From: Tubulanus polymorphus
Lineage: Eukaryota; Animalia; Nemertea
Assembly (NCBI RefSeq): GCF_964204645.1
Contig: NC_134026.1
Coordinates: 20,866,150-20,930,149 of the forward strand
Reading direction: 5' to 3'
DNA length: 64,000 nucleotides
The position numbers were made by a program, and so were the translations under genes. The notes below the pieces were generated by a model. It had not been told where the DNA came from, ran no database searches, and saw nothing but the letters and a program-made list of their open reading frames with translations. Position 1 is the first letter of the stretch; every line of letters begins with the position of its first letter. This document shows, piece after piece, positions 13,330 through 25,300 of this stretch.

Positions 13330-16300
13330 ATGTTAATCGCAGCGCAGCTTAAGACAAAAATGAATTCCATAGTTGTTTGGGTGATCGTTGCCAGCAGTAT
13401 TTTAACGATGGCGATGAGTCAGAACAGTATGCCGGTCAACGTAACGATAACTTCGAACCGGACTCATAACAATCTACCGGCTGCGTATCAATACGAACAG
13501 GCCGAACTAACCGCCGAGTTTCAACCACATTCAAATACTGTCTACGAAATATCGCTGACACTCGTTTTTCCGTTCGAGAAAATCTTCGCTTCGGAGTTTT
13601 GCTACAACGTCACCGTCAATCGCAGTTTGAATTTCGGCGAGTTCTACGACGCGGCGACCAACGCGATCGCGCTCGTCAGTCGCAACACGTCGACCGGCTT
13701 CGTTTGCAACACGACGTATCGCGTAACGAAGCCGAGCGTTTATCCATCCACGTGGAGCGTTGCGCAGAGAAACGCATTGGGCGTTGAGACCGGCGTGGCG
13801 TCGGTCGTGCAGACGTTCGCGTATGTCGACTCGTTTTCGCGGCTGTATGTTTGGAAACTGGACGTACGATTCGGTCGCGTGCAGTTCAACGAATCGAAAA
13901 CGATCATATTTCGCGCGCCGTTGGCGATTTCATCGTCCGCCGCGAAGGGTCAACCTTTGGACGTTCAGGCGAGTTTGCGATATCAGATTTATAATGCAAG
14001 CGGTCTTATACAGAATTCGACCGAAACGAGCAGCGCTTCATTAGTCGTCATCGGTCCTCAGTTACAAGTCGTGTTCTCACCGTCCAGTCTGAATGACGTC
14101 GAAGCCGGCAATTCGTATAATTTTCAAGTAATGGTCCAGCACTCCAGCACTTACTCGAGTGAAGCGGCTAGTAATGTCCAAGTAAGTAACCTTTGACTTG
14201 CGCAATTTGAGTCCGAAGATGTTTATTTTCATTATGCGAAATCAGTATTACTGATTACCTTGCTTGAGAGACGGTATGAAAATTTGCATTCCGTTCCATC
14301 ATGTTTCGTCATAACTTTCGTACCGGTAGTAAATAGGGCGTCTTCCGATTTTCCCTTCTCTAGCCTTCCTTCGTATTTTAGTGTATCTAACCACAGAGAT
14401 TACCCCTCGGAACTTAACCTGAGAGTTTCATCCAGATAGCAGTTTGATATAGCAGCAGGCCCCATAGCGTGAGAAATATGTGGGGTGTTCATTTTTCATT
14501 CAGCTAGGACTGAACAGGGATCTGGTGCCCTCCCCCAAGAAAATTTAGAAAAGTTCATTCAAATGCTACGGGGCCGAACAGTACCCGGTATACAAAATGT
14601 ACATGAACTCTCCTTGATAATTGACTACAAAAAATTTTCCCTTTAAGGGGCACTCAGGTCGCCCTTACAACTGTAACTGCAACTAGAAGCGACTGGTTCG
14701 AGCAACTGGCAGCGATCGTCAGCGACTGGTTTTTTCGCAGTCGCGGGGACCTGAGCGCGTCTACAACTGACAGCGACGGGTCGGCGACGCAAAAACTGCC
14801 AGTCGCTATGAGTTGAACATGTTGAACTCTCAGCAACGCGTCGCAGCGACTACCACTAGTTGTACAGCGTTTTTGTCGACCTGAGCGCTACTGCAACCGA
14901 TTTCCGCGTTGTAGGGAAGTACTATAGTCATTTTGAACATCACATGATCAATTGAACATGGGCGGCGCCATTTTGAACAGATCACATGATCAATTGAATC
15001 GCGCGTTGCAGCGACGGTCGTAGGGCGACCTGAGCGCGCACTGATTAGCGTTGAACGTTTCAATCCCGTTGCTGCCGGTTGCTTCCAGTTCTAGTTGTAA
15101 GCGACCTAAGCGCGGTTACAACTCGTGGTCTTCAGTTGCGTCGCGTCGTAGGGCGACCTGAGTGCTGCTTTAGACTAGGATAACTACCGGTAACCAGTTC
15201 TGTCATCTATTTATAGTTCAACTTTCACTTGGTGTAGGTTCATCTTAATGTATTCAGAGAAATCTCAGCACCCTACTTGTTATGTGGTAAATCGTCCTGA
15301 AAAAATAATGAAACAGTAGACTCTGGTTATTCTATGCCCTAGACTTTCCGACTTGAATTCACGTGCCAAACCCACTCTCACTCCAGAGTTCGCTAGCCTA
15401 TAACAAAATATATCTGTCCCAAAAATATATCTGTTCCATGAGACAACATTTCACAATATTGTTATTGTAGCGTGAATTTTAATTTCCATATTTAGATATT
15501 TGAATCCCATAGGCATAGGTAGTTTGAATTTTAGTAACATTTTGAAATAAATGTTTGGTTGTTTTACGAAATGTAACCTCGTCTATATGTTTGATTGATA
15601 GGTGTATGCGTTAGCTCTACCTACCGGATTAGAATTAGTTAACCAGGTAACGTTCATCAATATCTCAACGGCGACCAGCTTGTACAATTTCGCCGAATTA
15701 CAGGCCGGACTCAGTATTGGACTGATGAACATCGGAGATTCGATCCGGTTTACCGGTGTCTTGAGAGCAGTCGACACGTTCCGCGTCAATATTAATTCGT
15801 ATTTGACGCTATATGCAAATTACGAATATCCAACTCAACCCGTTTCTAGTAAGTACAACAGTTACCTGGTAATAAGAATGTCAATAAATTACATCATCGA
15901 ATTGTGATCAGCCGGGGCGAATCAAGGCTGGAAAAAATGGGGGGGTTCTTCTCGATGCAAAGGGCACGGTTTGGTCGTGGTGGGTGTCCCGGCGAGCACT
16001 ACGGGCGCGTTAAGTGCTTAGTTGCAGGGGGGTCTGGGTGTCCTCCCCTAGAATAACTTTAGGTACATTTTTTAGGCAATTTCAGTGCATATTAAATCAA
16101 GATCAGTACAAGTGCTACGAAGCCTATATATCAAGTGGATTTTCAAATAAGCACTTACCGGTAGTCAGAAAAAAGTAGGGGGGGCAAATCCCCCCCTCTG
16201 GATCTGTCATTGACCAAATTTTGTAAATGACTATTCCTTGTTCATACGTACAAGCTTCAGGAATTAAACCATACACATTTATATTTGAATACGATTTTAA

Positions 16301-19300
16301 CTGTTTTCAGCTGCGTCGCTGATGGCCATCAGCAGTTGTATTTTTTCGGGAAAGAAGATCGCAATATTGTCGACGTCGATCGATCTTCCTCCGCAGTTGA
16401 AAATTGGACAAACGATAACCGGTTCGGCTACATTCAGTATGCCATTGGGTACATTGAGCAACTTACAATTTCGTGCCGGTAAGTAGATAAATAGTTTGTA
16501 AGTTCATAAAAAAAATTATTTCATTTTCGATGTTCATTTACCATGAAAAGGGGTTAACCTTCTTTATTTGATTGGTAGATTCGATTTGATTTGATGGTGT
16601 CCCTTACAAACCCACCCATCGCTTTCGATGGTTTGACCCTACAGTCAAATTTTATCCAGAGGTTTAGAGGGTCTAAGTTAAAACAAGTTTATAGAACCGA
16701 CTGCATGGGGTTACAAGTTAGACCAGGTCCAGCGACTTATGTCCTGATATGAGTGGGTGTAGATGTTTCTCCCTGTACCTTCTGTTGCTAATTCTTTAGA
16801 TGCAATCTTTGTTTAGTTTCCAGTAAATTGCCTGGAATTCTTTAATTCATTGTTTACACTGGTTCTTCAGTGAGAAAACTTTTGTATTTGGAATCTTTAT
16901 TTCAGAATTTGGAAATTATGCGAAATCATTATAGGGCCTAACTGTTCATTTCGGCTGTTCTTATTTATCTTTTAGAAATCTATTCACCGGCAATGAATCC
17001 AGTTCCGTTTAAGATATACACGGCGACGGCTTCAGCTTCAAATCCACAAGTTCAGTTCACTAAAACATCTCTGACATCGACGGATTTCATCGCTACAGCG
17101 AAGCGGAGAAAAAGGCACGTCCGTAATCGACGAGCTTTGGCGCCTTCACTGGTGATTTCAGCTCCGTTTGGATCCGTCACTAATCCGAGTTCAGGTGTAT
17201 CGGGCACACCTATTGTTTTACAGGTATGGTCTGACGTACAAGTATATTCATTTGTGTTTTGCCGGTACATTCATAACCGTGTATATTATTGCGCCTCAGC
17301 TGGTAGGCCTCAAGCAGCATTGTCATCACTTACATCCATTACGGGGCGGGTGGTCGTCGGTTATCCAAGTGATTAATGATCCCGTATTTCAGAGTGTAGT
17401 ATTTTGGAATATTTTAGAGCCTTCATATTTACATGAAAAAGTTTCTGAATAGCATAGATCCAGTGTCACATGCAATATGACTGAAATTGGTGCTATGTAA
17501 ATAGTATATTATCCTCAAAATGTTACTTATTCTTAGGCACAAATGACAGCTGTAGCTGCTGGAGCTTTGCCTGGAGGGTATCTAGAATTGACACCGTATC
17601 TTGATTTAAACGTCTTGACACCGCTCCACACTATTTCCTCAGTCATTCAAATGCCAGTGTTGAATATACAGAAAACAGTGCAGGTACGAAATCGTGTTAA
17701 TTTTATTTGTCTCGATTCAGCGGAATATATTTCTATTGATTCGGTGGATTTTCCTGATAATAATAATGATAATAATAATTTATTCTCTTTTATACCGAAG
17801 TACTATAAAATAACCACTGCACTTTACAATAAAATTAAGACAATAGAAAACCATGTCTTTTTATGCTTAGAAAAGAATGGGTTTTTTGCTTATAAAAGGT
17901 CACCATATGAAGTCTAAGCAATGATAACTTTTGGGTATCATATTGAGCTAGGCAAGAAGACATTGATATGAAAAACCTGTTTATGTTTATTTCATTCATA
18001 ATTGAGCCTAATTATCTTGTTCATGACTAATTGTCACAACTAGGGTTAAACCTAATAAGATAAAAACCCACTATGTACAAATTAAAAGAATTTTAAAATA
18101 GAGAATTTGTTTATTCAAAAAATCTAAAATGAAATACATCGTCAGGTCACACCTGACGATGATCTCTAGGGTAAGATTGAAACGTTGTGTATTTCATTTT
18201 AGATTTTTTGAATAAATAAATTCTTGATTTTAAAATTCTTTAAATTTGTACATAGTGGGTTTTTATCTTATCATCCGTTCTCCACGTTTGAGTGTGGTTA
18301 TCGTACTATCAGGGTGAAGCCTACCGGGTATATGAACCTTTTAAATGGATGAAATATCATATAGGCCGGATGGTATTTGTTTCGTATAATTCATGGTTCA
18401 TACATTCAGCGAAGAAATTTTCCATAAAAAGATTTTTTTTCTTCTTATTCCAACTTATAGAACACAACGAAAACCAATACAAACAGTATCCCTAAAGTGG
18501 AGTTTCAAGTTCAAATTTCTCATGCTCCCTCCTCGAATTCGGACGCTTACGATTTGAAATTGACCGATAAAACAATGAAATTGGAATCATACCCAGGAGA
18601 TGGCATGGTACCGTCACCAAAACCTAATTCGCTAAAAATTGGCGGTGCCAGCAGTCCGGATTTCATTTGGAACTATGGTCAACTTCCAGGTAAGTTGGAC
18701 ATCATGAAATTGACTTACATACTTAGGTTGCTAGTTGCTACACTGATGGATAGAGTCTGCTCTGAACAGGTGGCTCCAGAATAAAGCAATGTGTAGTATT
18801 TGTTAAACCTCTGGGGCTGGTTTTATAGACTGGTATTACCTTTAATCCGAGGGCTAACTCAATAGAAAATGAGTTGAATTAGCCCCCCGGGTTAAAGGCA
18901 ATACCCGTCTATAAAACCTGACCCTGTGGTTCAAGTCTGCTGACCTCTAGATACTGTACCGGTTATTCTCTGAAATCTTTTGCAATACATGATTTATTTA
19001 CGCATGGCTTCAGTCGTAAAGAGTCAATAGCTTACGTAACTATGTCTTATTGTTTATTGTCATTGCGATTATTTCTTTCTCCTTTCCATCGTTTTAGTGG
19101 GATCAAATTTGACGTTGAGATATTTGGCAGCCCCGAGTTCCGAAGCAACTTCCATTTTACCCAATGGAACGACCGTGTTTCCAGCTTCTGTTGATTATTA
19201 TGGTTCTACTTTGGCCGGCGTAATTGCTGTAAGTTATCGTTGTCCGCAAAAGTCGATTAGAATGATGTGGCTAGCGCAATGAAGATCCAATATTAGTAGT

Positions 19301-22300
19301 TGACAAAAACCCACAATAAAAAGGAAAAATATCTGGTAGTTTGACGTTTCAACTCAAATCTATGAGCCATTTTCAAAAACTGATTTATTGTACAGTTATA
19401 ACAATACAAAATATAGCAACAAGGTAACTAAGTGATCCCTATAGCTGTTAGTATGTAGTGACTAAAGAGTTTATTTTGGGGGAAGAAACTTAAATTGGAA
19501 CTGACTGTGAAGTCAGAGTTTTTTAGAATAATAGCTGACTCAAGGATTCGACGTTTATGTAAATCAGAACAAGGGTATATCAACTGGCTAGAGGAGAAGT
19601 CTTTTTTTGTTTTTCTTTTTATTGTGGGTTTTTGTCAACTATTGATATTGGACAGCCACTTGTCTATGGAAACCATCCAATGTTAGTGTTACTGGTAATC
19701 TTTATTTTACAGCCTGCTACGGATGTGAGATTCACATTAGGAGCCAATACTTGTTTATTCCGTAAATCAATTGAACAATCAAATGTGAGTACACACGTGC
19801 TTGTATAGAATTTGATACAAAGTAGAATGAATATTGAGAATTTCGGGATTTTGAATCGAAATCTAGTAATTCATATACATATTCGTACCGAGTTTGTCCA
19901 GGATTTTGCCGTTCTTGCTTCTTTCATTGTTTTGATGTAATCGTAGGTCATTAAAGATTACGGATTGACCGTTTTGGCGGCTTTTCTCGGATTACTCGTC
20001 GCTGTCATTCTTGTTTGTGTGATATTCGCAATTCTCAATTACTGCGCCGGCAAAAACAAGAGGGTTTCGCCCGATGTCGATGTACGTACACGATTGAACT
20101 TGAAATAACCTTGGTTTAAGATGTCTACTTACGGTGTACATCATGTATTGGGTAATCGATATGCAGTTCACCATTTTGAGCTTTTGCCTTTCAGTTTACG
20201 CCGATAAAAAGTAACATGAAAACGTTGATACTTGATGCAAAAGATGCACTTAAAAAAACTGGTAACACGATAAAGGATTTCAGGTATAGCGTACTCGCCA
20301 TTACTTACTTAGACATTTACGTTTCATTGTATTTAATTCTATTGACTTTCTAGCATGATATATTTGAAAGAGAAATTCGTCAAAAAAGATGATTTTCCCT
20401 GACCATCCTGTTAATCAAACCATAAGTGACGTGGTGATTTTTTAGAGACTTGTACCGGTAAGCAGAAAAACCGTCTGATCACGATATATTTGTATTTCTC
20501 GCACACAGTTGTATCGCTGCTGATGAGAGCCTCGTATTTATTCTGGCCTTGAAAGACAAGTTACAGATTCACAGGGAACTTGATAGGTACGTGTGTGTGT
20601 GTACAAAGTGTTTGAGATTACAACGACAATCACAATTTTTTAAATCACTTGGTAGCTAGGCATTGGCCTTACTGGGAAAAGGCATGCATTGCTTTTAGTA
20701 CAATTTTAGTGAAATATGTACATGTGGAGATAATATACATATATCCATTTTGTATATTAATCTTAAAATTGTTTATTACGTAGGGTATACAGAATTCCCC
20801 TCTTAGAAATCGTATTTCATGATATTTCACCATTTCATATGCATTGTAAGGATGGAGACTGCTCCTTTTGACTGAAGTGAACTAAGAATATTGTACTTAT
20901 TTACAAACATCCTTTATTCTACAAATTCATTCCCTTCATTGCACAATATTCTTGGGAAGTGCATTAGAACTACCGGTAGACAGATATTTCAAAATATGGA
21001 AATTTCAATTTTTGTTCTCATTTTTTTGCGTACAATTTCATAGTTTGGTGACAGTGTTTTTGATGTTATGACAGTATGTATGATTCGTATTTTCAGTTTG
21101 GATATTTTGTCTACTATTAATACCGATATCGATATCGGTAATGAGAGAAATGATGCGTCGATCCAGGCGACCCTAGCACTCATAAATAGTCTCGCGACGA
21201 ATAAAGACATCGGCGGTGACACGCAGAACAAAGCGTTAAGTCTATTCCGCGGAACATTGCAGAACATGGATGGAAAAGTCGGAGAAGATTACCGAAAGGA
21301 ATTGGCAAGAATAATTCAGGAATTAGCTAAAAATAACAAGGTACGGTATATACAGTGGATTTCCTGTTTAAATTTCATTCGCCAAAAATGATGCACATCA
21401 AGCAAATTTTGATTAGTATTCTTTATATCATTCTGATTGCTGAACTAAGAAAGATGGCAATGATTATTTTGATTGATTTGATTTCAGTCTAAATTAGCGG
21501 AATTGCTGGGTATTCAAGCTGCTCACAAGGAAAAGGTCCATGCACAGATTGCTTATTTATCACCAGAGGTACATTCATGGTCTCTTTACTCAGACATACG
21601 GCTATAAAGTGGTGACCCATGCCCACATGACAAAAACATACCATTTGTTTGATTTTTCTTTTCTTTTTTTTTTTGAAAAATATTCAGGATCAGAAAGAAG
21701 TAATGGATTTGATTGACAAACAGCACACCACAGAACAAAACGAGTTGGCATATCGTCTGAAATTGGAACAGGATGAGCAAACAGAAAAAACGAGGAAGGT
21801 TAGCTTACACATTTACAATTACCGGTACATGTTCTTTGACACAAGTTTACAAACTTTTACTTGTTTTTTATTTACATTAAGTTCTAAAAACTGCGAGGAC
21901 TATGCAAGTTGTGCAACCACGCAGTTAGAATTGATGGGTTGATTCCTCACCTATCTTCCCAATAATTTAGATAACATTTCCAATTTTGGCTCCAGCTACT
22001 GTTGAAAAAAAAAAAACGTGAATTTTTTTTTCCGGTAGGAGTTTGCGATTAGACGCAGAATGGCTATAAAAGAAACCCAGCAAACAACTTTAGACGGAGT
22101 GGTTACCGACGGCGATTTAACCCAGGAGCAAGCCGATTGGTTAATGCGGGAGCACGCAAAACTTCAATCAAAACTCGAGAAGTTGTACGACGATGAAATA
22201 TCGCGACAACGTATGGTGCTCGAAGAGAAACTCACCAGACGGAAAGGTTTAGCGGCCACTACAGTAAGTTTGCCGAGAAGATTTTATATTATCATCTAGA

Positions 22301-25300
22301 TTTTCAATAACAATTAGTCCGTAGCTGCTAGCACCAGAGTTATTTTAGGTCTTTTTCAAACAGACTTTTTCAAGAAACTTAAATAGCGGTATACTTGCAT
22401 TTTTGTGACCGCACTTTGTACCCTTGGTGTGTATATACCAGTATTCAAGATTGATCTTAGAAATATCATCATGCTTGTGTTTGATTTTTTTGAAATTTTT
22501 TCTGTATAGGAAGCACAAGAAGATTATCACAGTGAATTGCTGAACACTGTAGCTGGACATCAATTAGATGTCGTAAATAGGGCTAAAAAGTGAGTTCTGG
22601 CAGAATGTGAAATGTACGAGTCTCTATTGATAATAATTCACGCATTGTGTCTTGAAATTTGAAATGTTAAAATCTAACCGATTGCAGAACGGGTAAAATG
22701 ACTAAAGTGGAAGCTCGAGAACTTACCGAGAAATTAACAGCCGAATTAAAAGAGGCTAAAGACAAAATGGAGAAAGAGCGAGAACGCCAGCAACTTGAAC
22801 TTCACAATAAACTCAGTGCTAAAAAGAAACAGCGTCTTCAAGAACAGGTAGACTTGTTTAGATAGTTCCTATTTTGTTACTGCATGGGCCAAATTCGGTT
22901 TTCATACCTAGTCGGCTAGTGGTCGGAACCAATATCCAAATGTGTTCAATTTCCAAACTATTTCCCGACTATAGTTCCGACTAACTGACATTCGGTTTCA
23001 TTTGGTTCGACTCTCTCAGATAACCGAGGTTGGCCATGTGTATCTTAGTTGTTCCTTCCCAAAAATGATGGCTGCCTCTTTTGGCGAATTGCCTACAAAG
23101 AGATTTATACACATGTTAAGAAAACTTTTGTTTATTTAGAATCACTAAAAAATTGTGATATAATTAGATTCTATGATGGCAGCCATAATTTCTGGAATTT
23201 TCTGTACTTACAGCAATGAGCTTTCTATTAATGCACATTTTATTTTGAACTCCCAGCAAAGATGTGCAAGATTTTTTGAGAGAGGTGGCCATAAAGTCTT
23301 CAGAAATTCAGATCATTTCTATTTCAATGAAGGTTGTCTTAATTTAGTACTGTGTCCCATAGACTCAAGTACAACCCCTGATCTATGGTAATCCAACCCA
23401 TGCTTCCATCTGACAGAGTCCTGAAGCACTGATGTTCCTACCCCCACTGATTGGGGATCCTCAGCCTTCCCTGGAGTCTCCAAATGTGCGTCCCTTTGGA
23501 CCGCACACGATTCATGGACAGCTTGCTGGCCTACCACCTGATCAGTTCATTAAGAAATGAAAAAAAATCAATCCTTGTCTAGATCTCAGGTACTGGTATC
23601 ATCTAAAACCCCCTAGAATGCAGATACGTTTCAATCGTTTCAATTCTTTGTTTTAGGCGCAGTTACATTCGAAGGAGCTCTCCGAGTACATGGATAAAGA
23701 AACTCAAAGCGTCGAAGACGGCCCTGTCGATCCGGTCGCCTTATTTACCCGACGTCAAAACATGTTGTCTCACCAGCGAATGGAGCGCAGCGAACTGGAG
23801 AATAAAATTGACCAGGAACACGCGGACGAACTGTTGAAACTGCGAGAAAATCTCACCCATCAAATTGATGCCGATCTTGACGCGAAGAAGAAGGCTCTCC
23901 TCGAACAGATGAAAGAACAAGGTATCTCTTATGTTGATTCAGAGCTACATTGGGTCACTAACAAATGGTTCAATGTCCCTGCATTTTACTAGGTTTTTGA
24001 CATTCATACCTATACCCATTTTTAGGCGCATACACCGATGATCAGATCCGGAGAATTCTCCGCGAACACGAACAAGAGACGAAGAACTTGGAAGAAATGC
24101 AGACAAACGAAATGATGAGACAGGAGAATAAATTCAAGGAGAAACTGGCGAAAAATCGCGAAAGTTGGATCAAACGAATGGAAGAAGAAAAACAAGAACA
24201 AGAACAGCTTCGAAACCATGAGGATAATGTAGTTAGGTCAGTATTTTGTGTGGTAGAATGAGCAAAACAGTTTGACTCGACTAAACTTAATACACACAGG
24301 GCGTTATCCACTTAACCCTGGTGCTCATACCTTCATTGTGCACGTAGTGTTTGTAAGTGAGATTTGTTTGTTTGTAGCAAAAATATCTCGCTGCGCAAAC
24401 GATGTGCCATTCTTTCTGTTAAATTCGCCTTTTCTTTACAGAAATATAATGGATAAACAGGTTTCGATGTCCGACGCGGAAAGGGAGCAGATTCTGAAAG
24501 AGCATGAGAAGCACATGGTCACCTTAGAGAACAGGTCATTGTTGGAAATTGCAGAATCTCCTGAATGTACCAGATCAGCCGTAATTGTCGGCATGATTTG
24601 TGTATGATCGTTTTTCAGTAATTGATATTACTTTTTCGTATTTCAGTTTAACCCTGAACAAACTACGTCAGAAGCACATGCTCGAACAACGCTTAGCCCA
24701 AAAGCGAGCGGCGCAAATTGAGAAACTTGATAAAAAACAAAATACAGAAAACAAGGTGATTTTGTTTTACTTTTTGATGAAAAGTCGCTATACTGGTAGC
24801 TTAAAAAAGTGCTTTTCCTTGACTAAAAATTATCTTTTGCTCTCTGTAAGAGAATTTTGTTCATTTCATGGAGATACGTTAGACTTTGAAATGAATTAAT
24901 GGAGTAAATACCCAAACCAAACTCATTAAGTCCTTATGCAGTGACAGAAAATGAGACTGACATGATATGGGAGTCAAAAGCAAAATTGACCTTATCGCAA
25001 AACTCACAATTCACATTGTAAGATGTTTTTTCTCGATTTTCAGAAATTGAAACAGATGATAGAAGACGACGAAGAGTTAGACGAAGCGGAAATTCATCAG
25101 CAAAAAGTAGACATGTTGAAGAAACACGCTGAACAGAAAATATCAGTTCTTCAAGGGGAAAAACTGAAAATAGAAGATGAACTAGAACAGGTAGCAAAAT
25201 GAGACAAATGCAGTGGACACTGCTTTGTTTCATAGTACATGTAGTTAACTGAAACTACCACTCAAGAATGTTTACAAAGCATTTTGGAAATGTTTGAATT

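Noticed and set aside
13314-14181. Horizontally acquired or separate secreted-protein gene
   Set aside because: Has normal splice sites, joins in frame to downstream EVC2 exons and supplies the needed signal peptide; GC skew matches other long exons.
17300-17369. Extra EVC2 exon
   Set aside because: Exons ending at 17223 and starting at 17537 join in phase 0 with a sensible sequence (PIVLQ|AQMTA); the splice sites here are weak.
23370-23545. Possible RTE LINE 3' remnant (LQDSVRW)
   Set aside because: Similarity too short to support a call.
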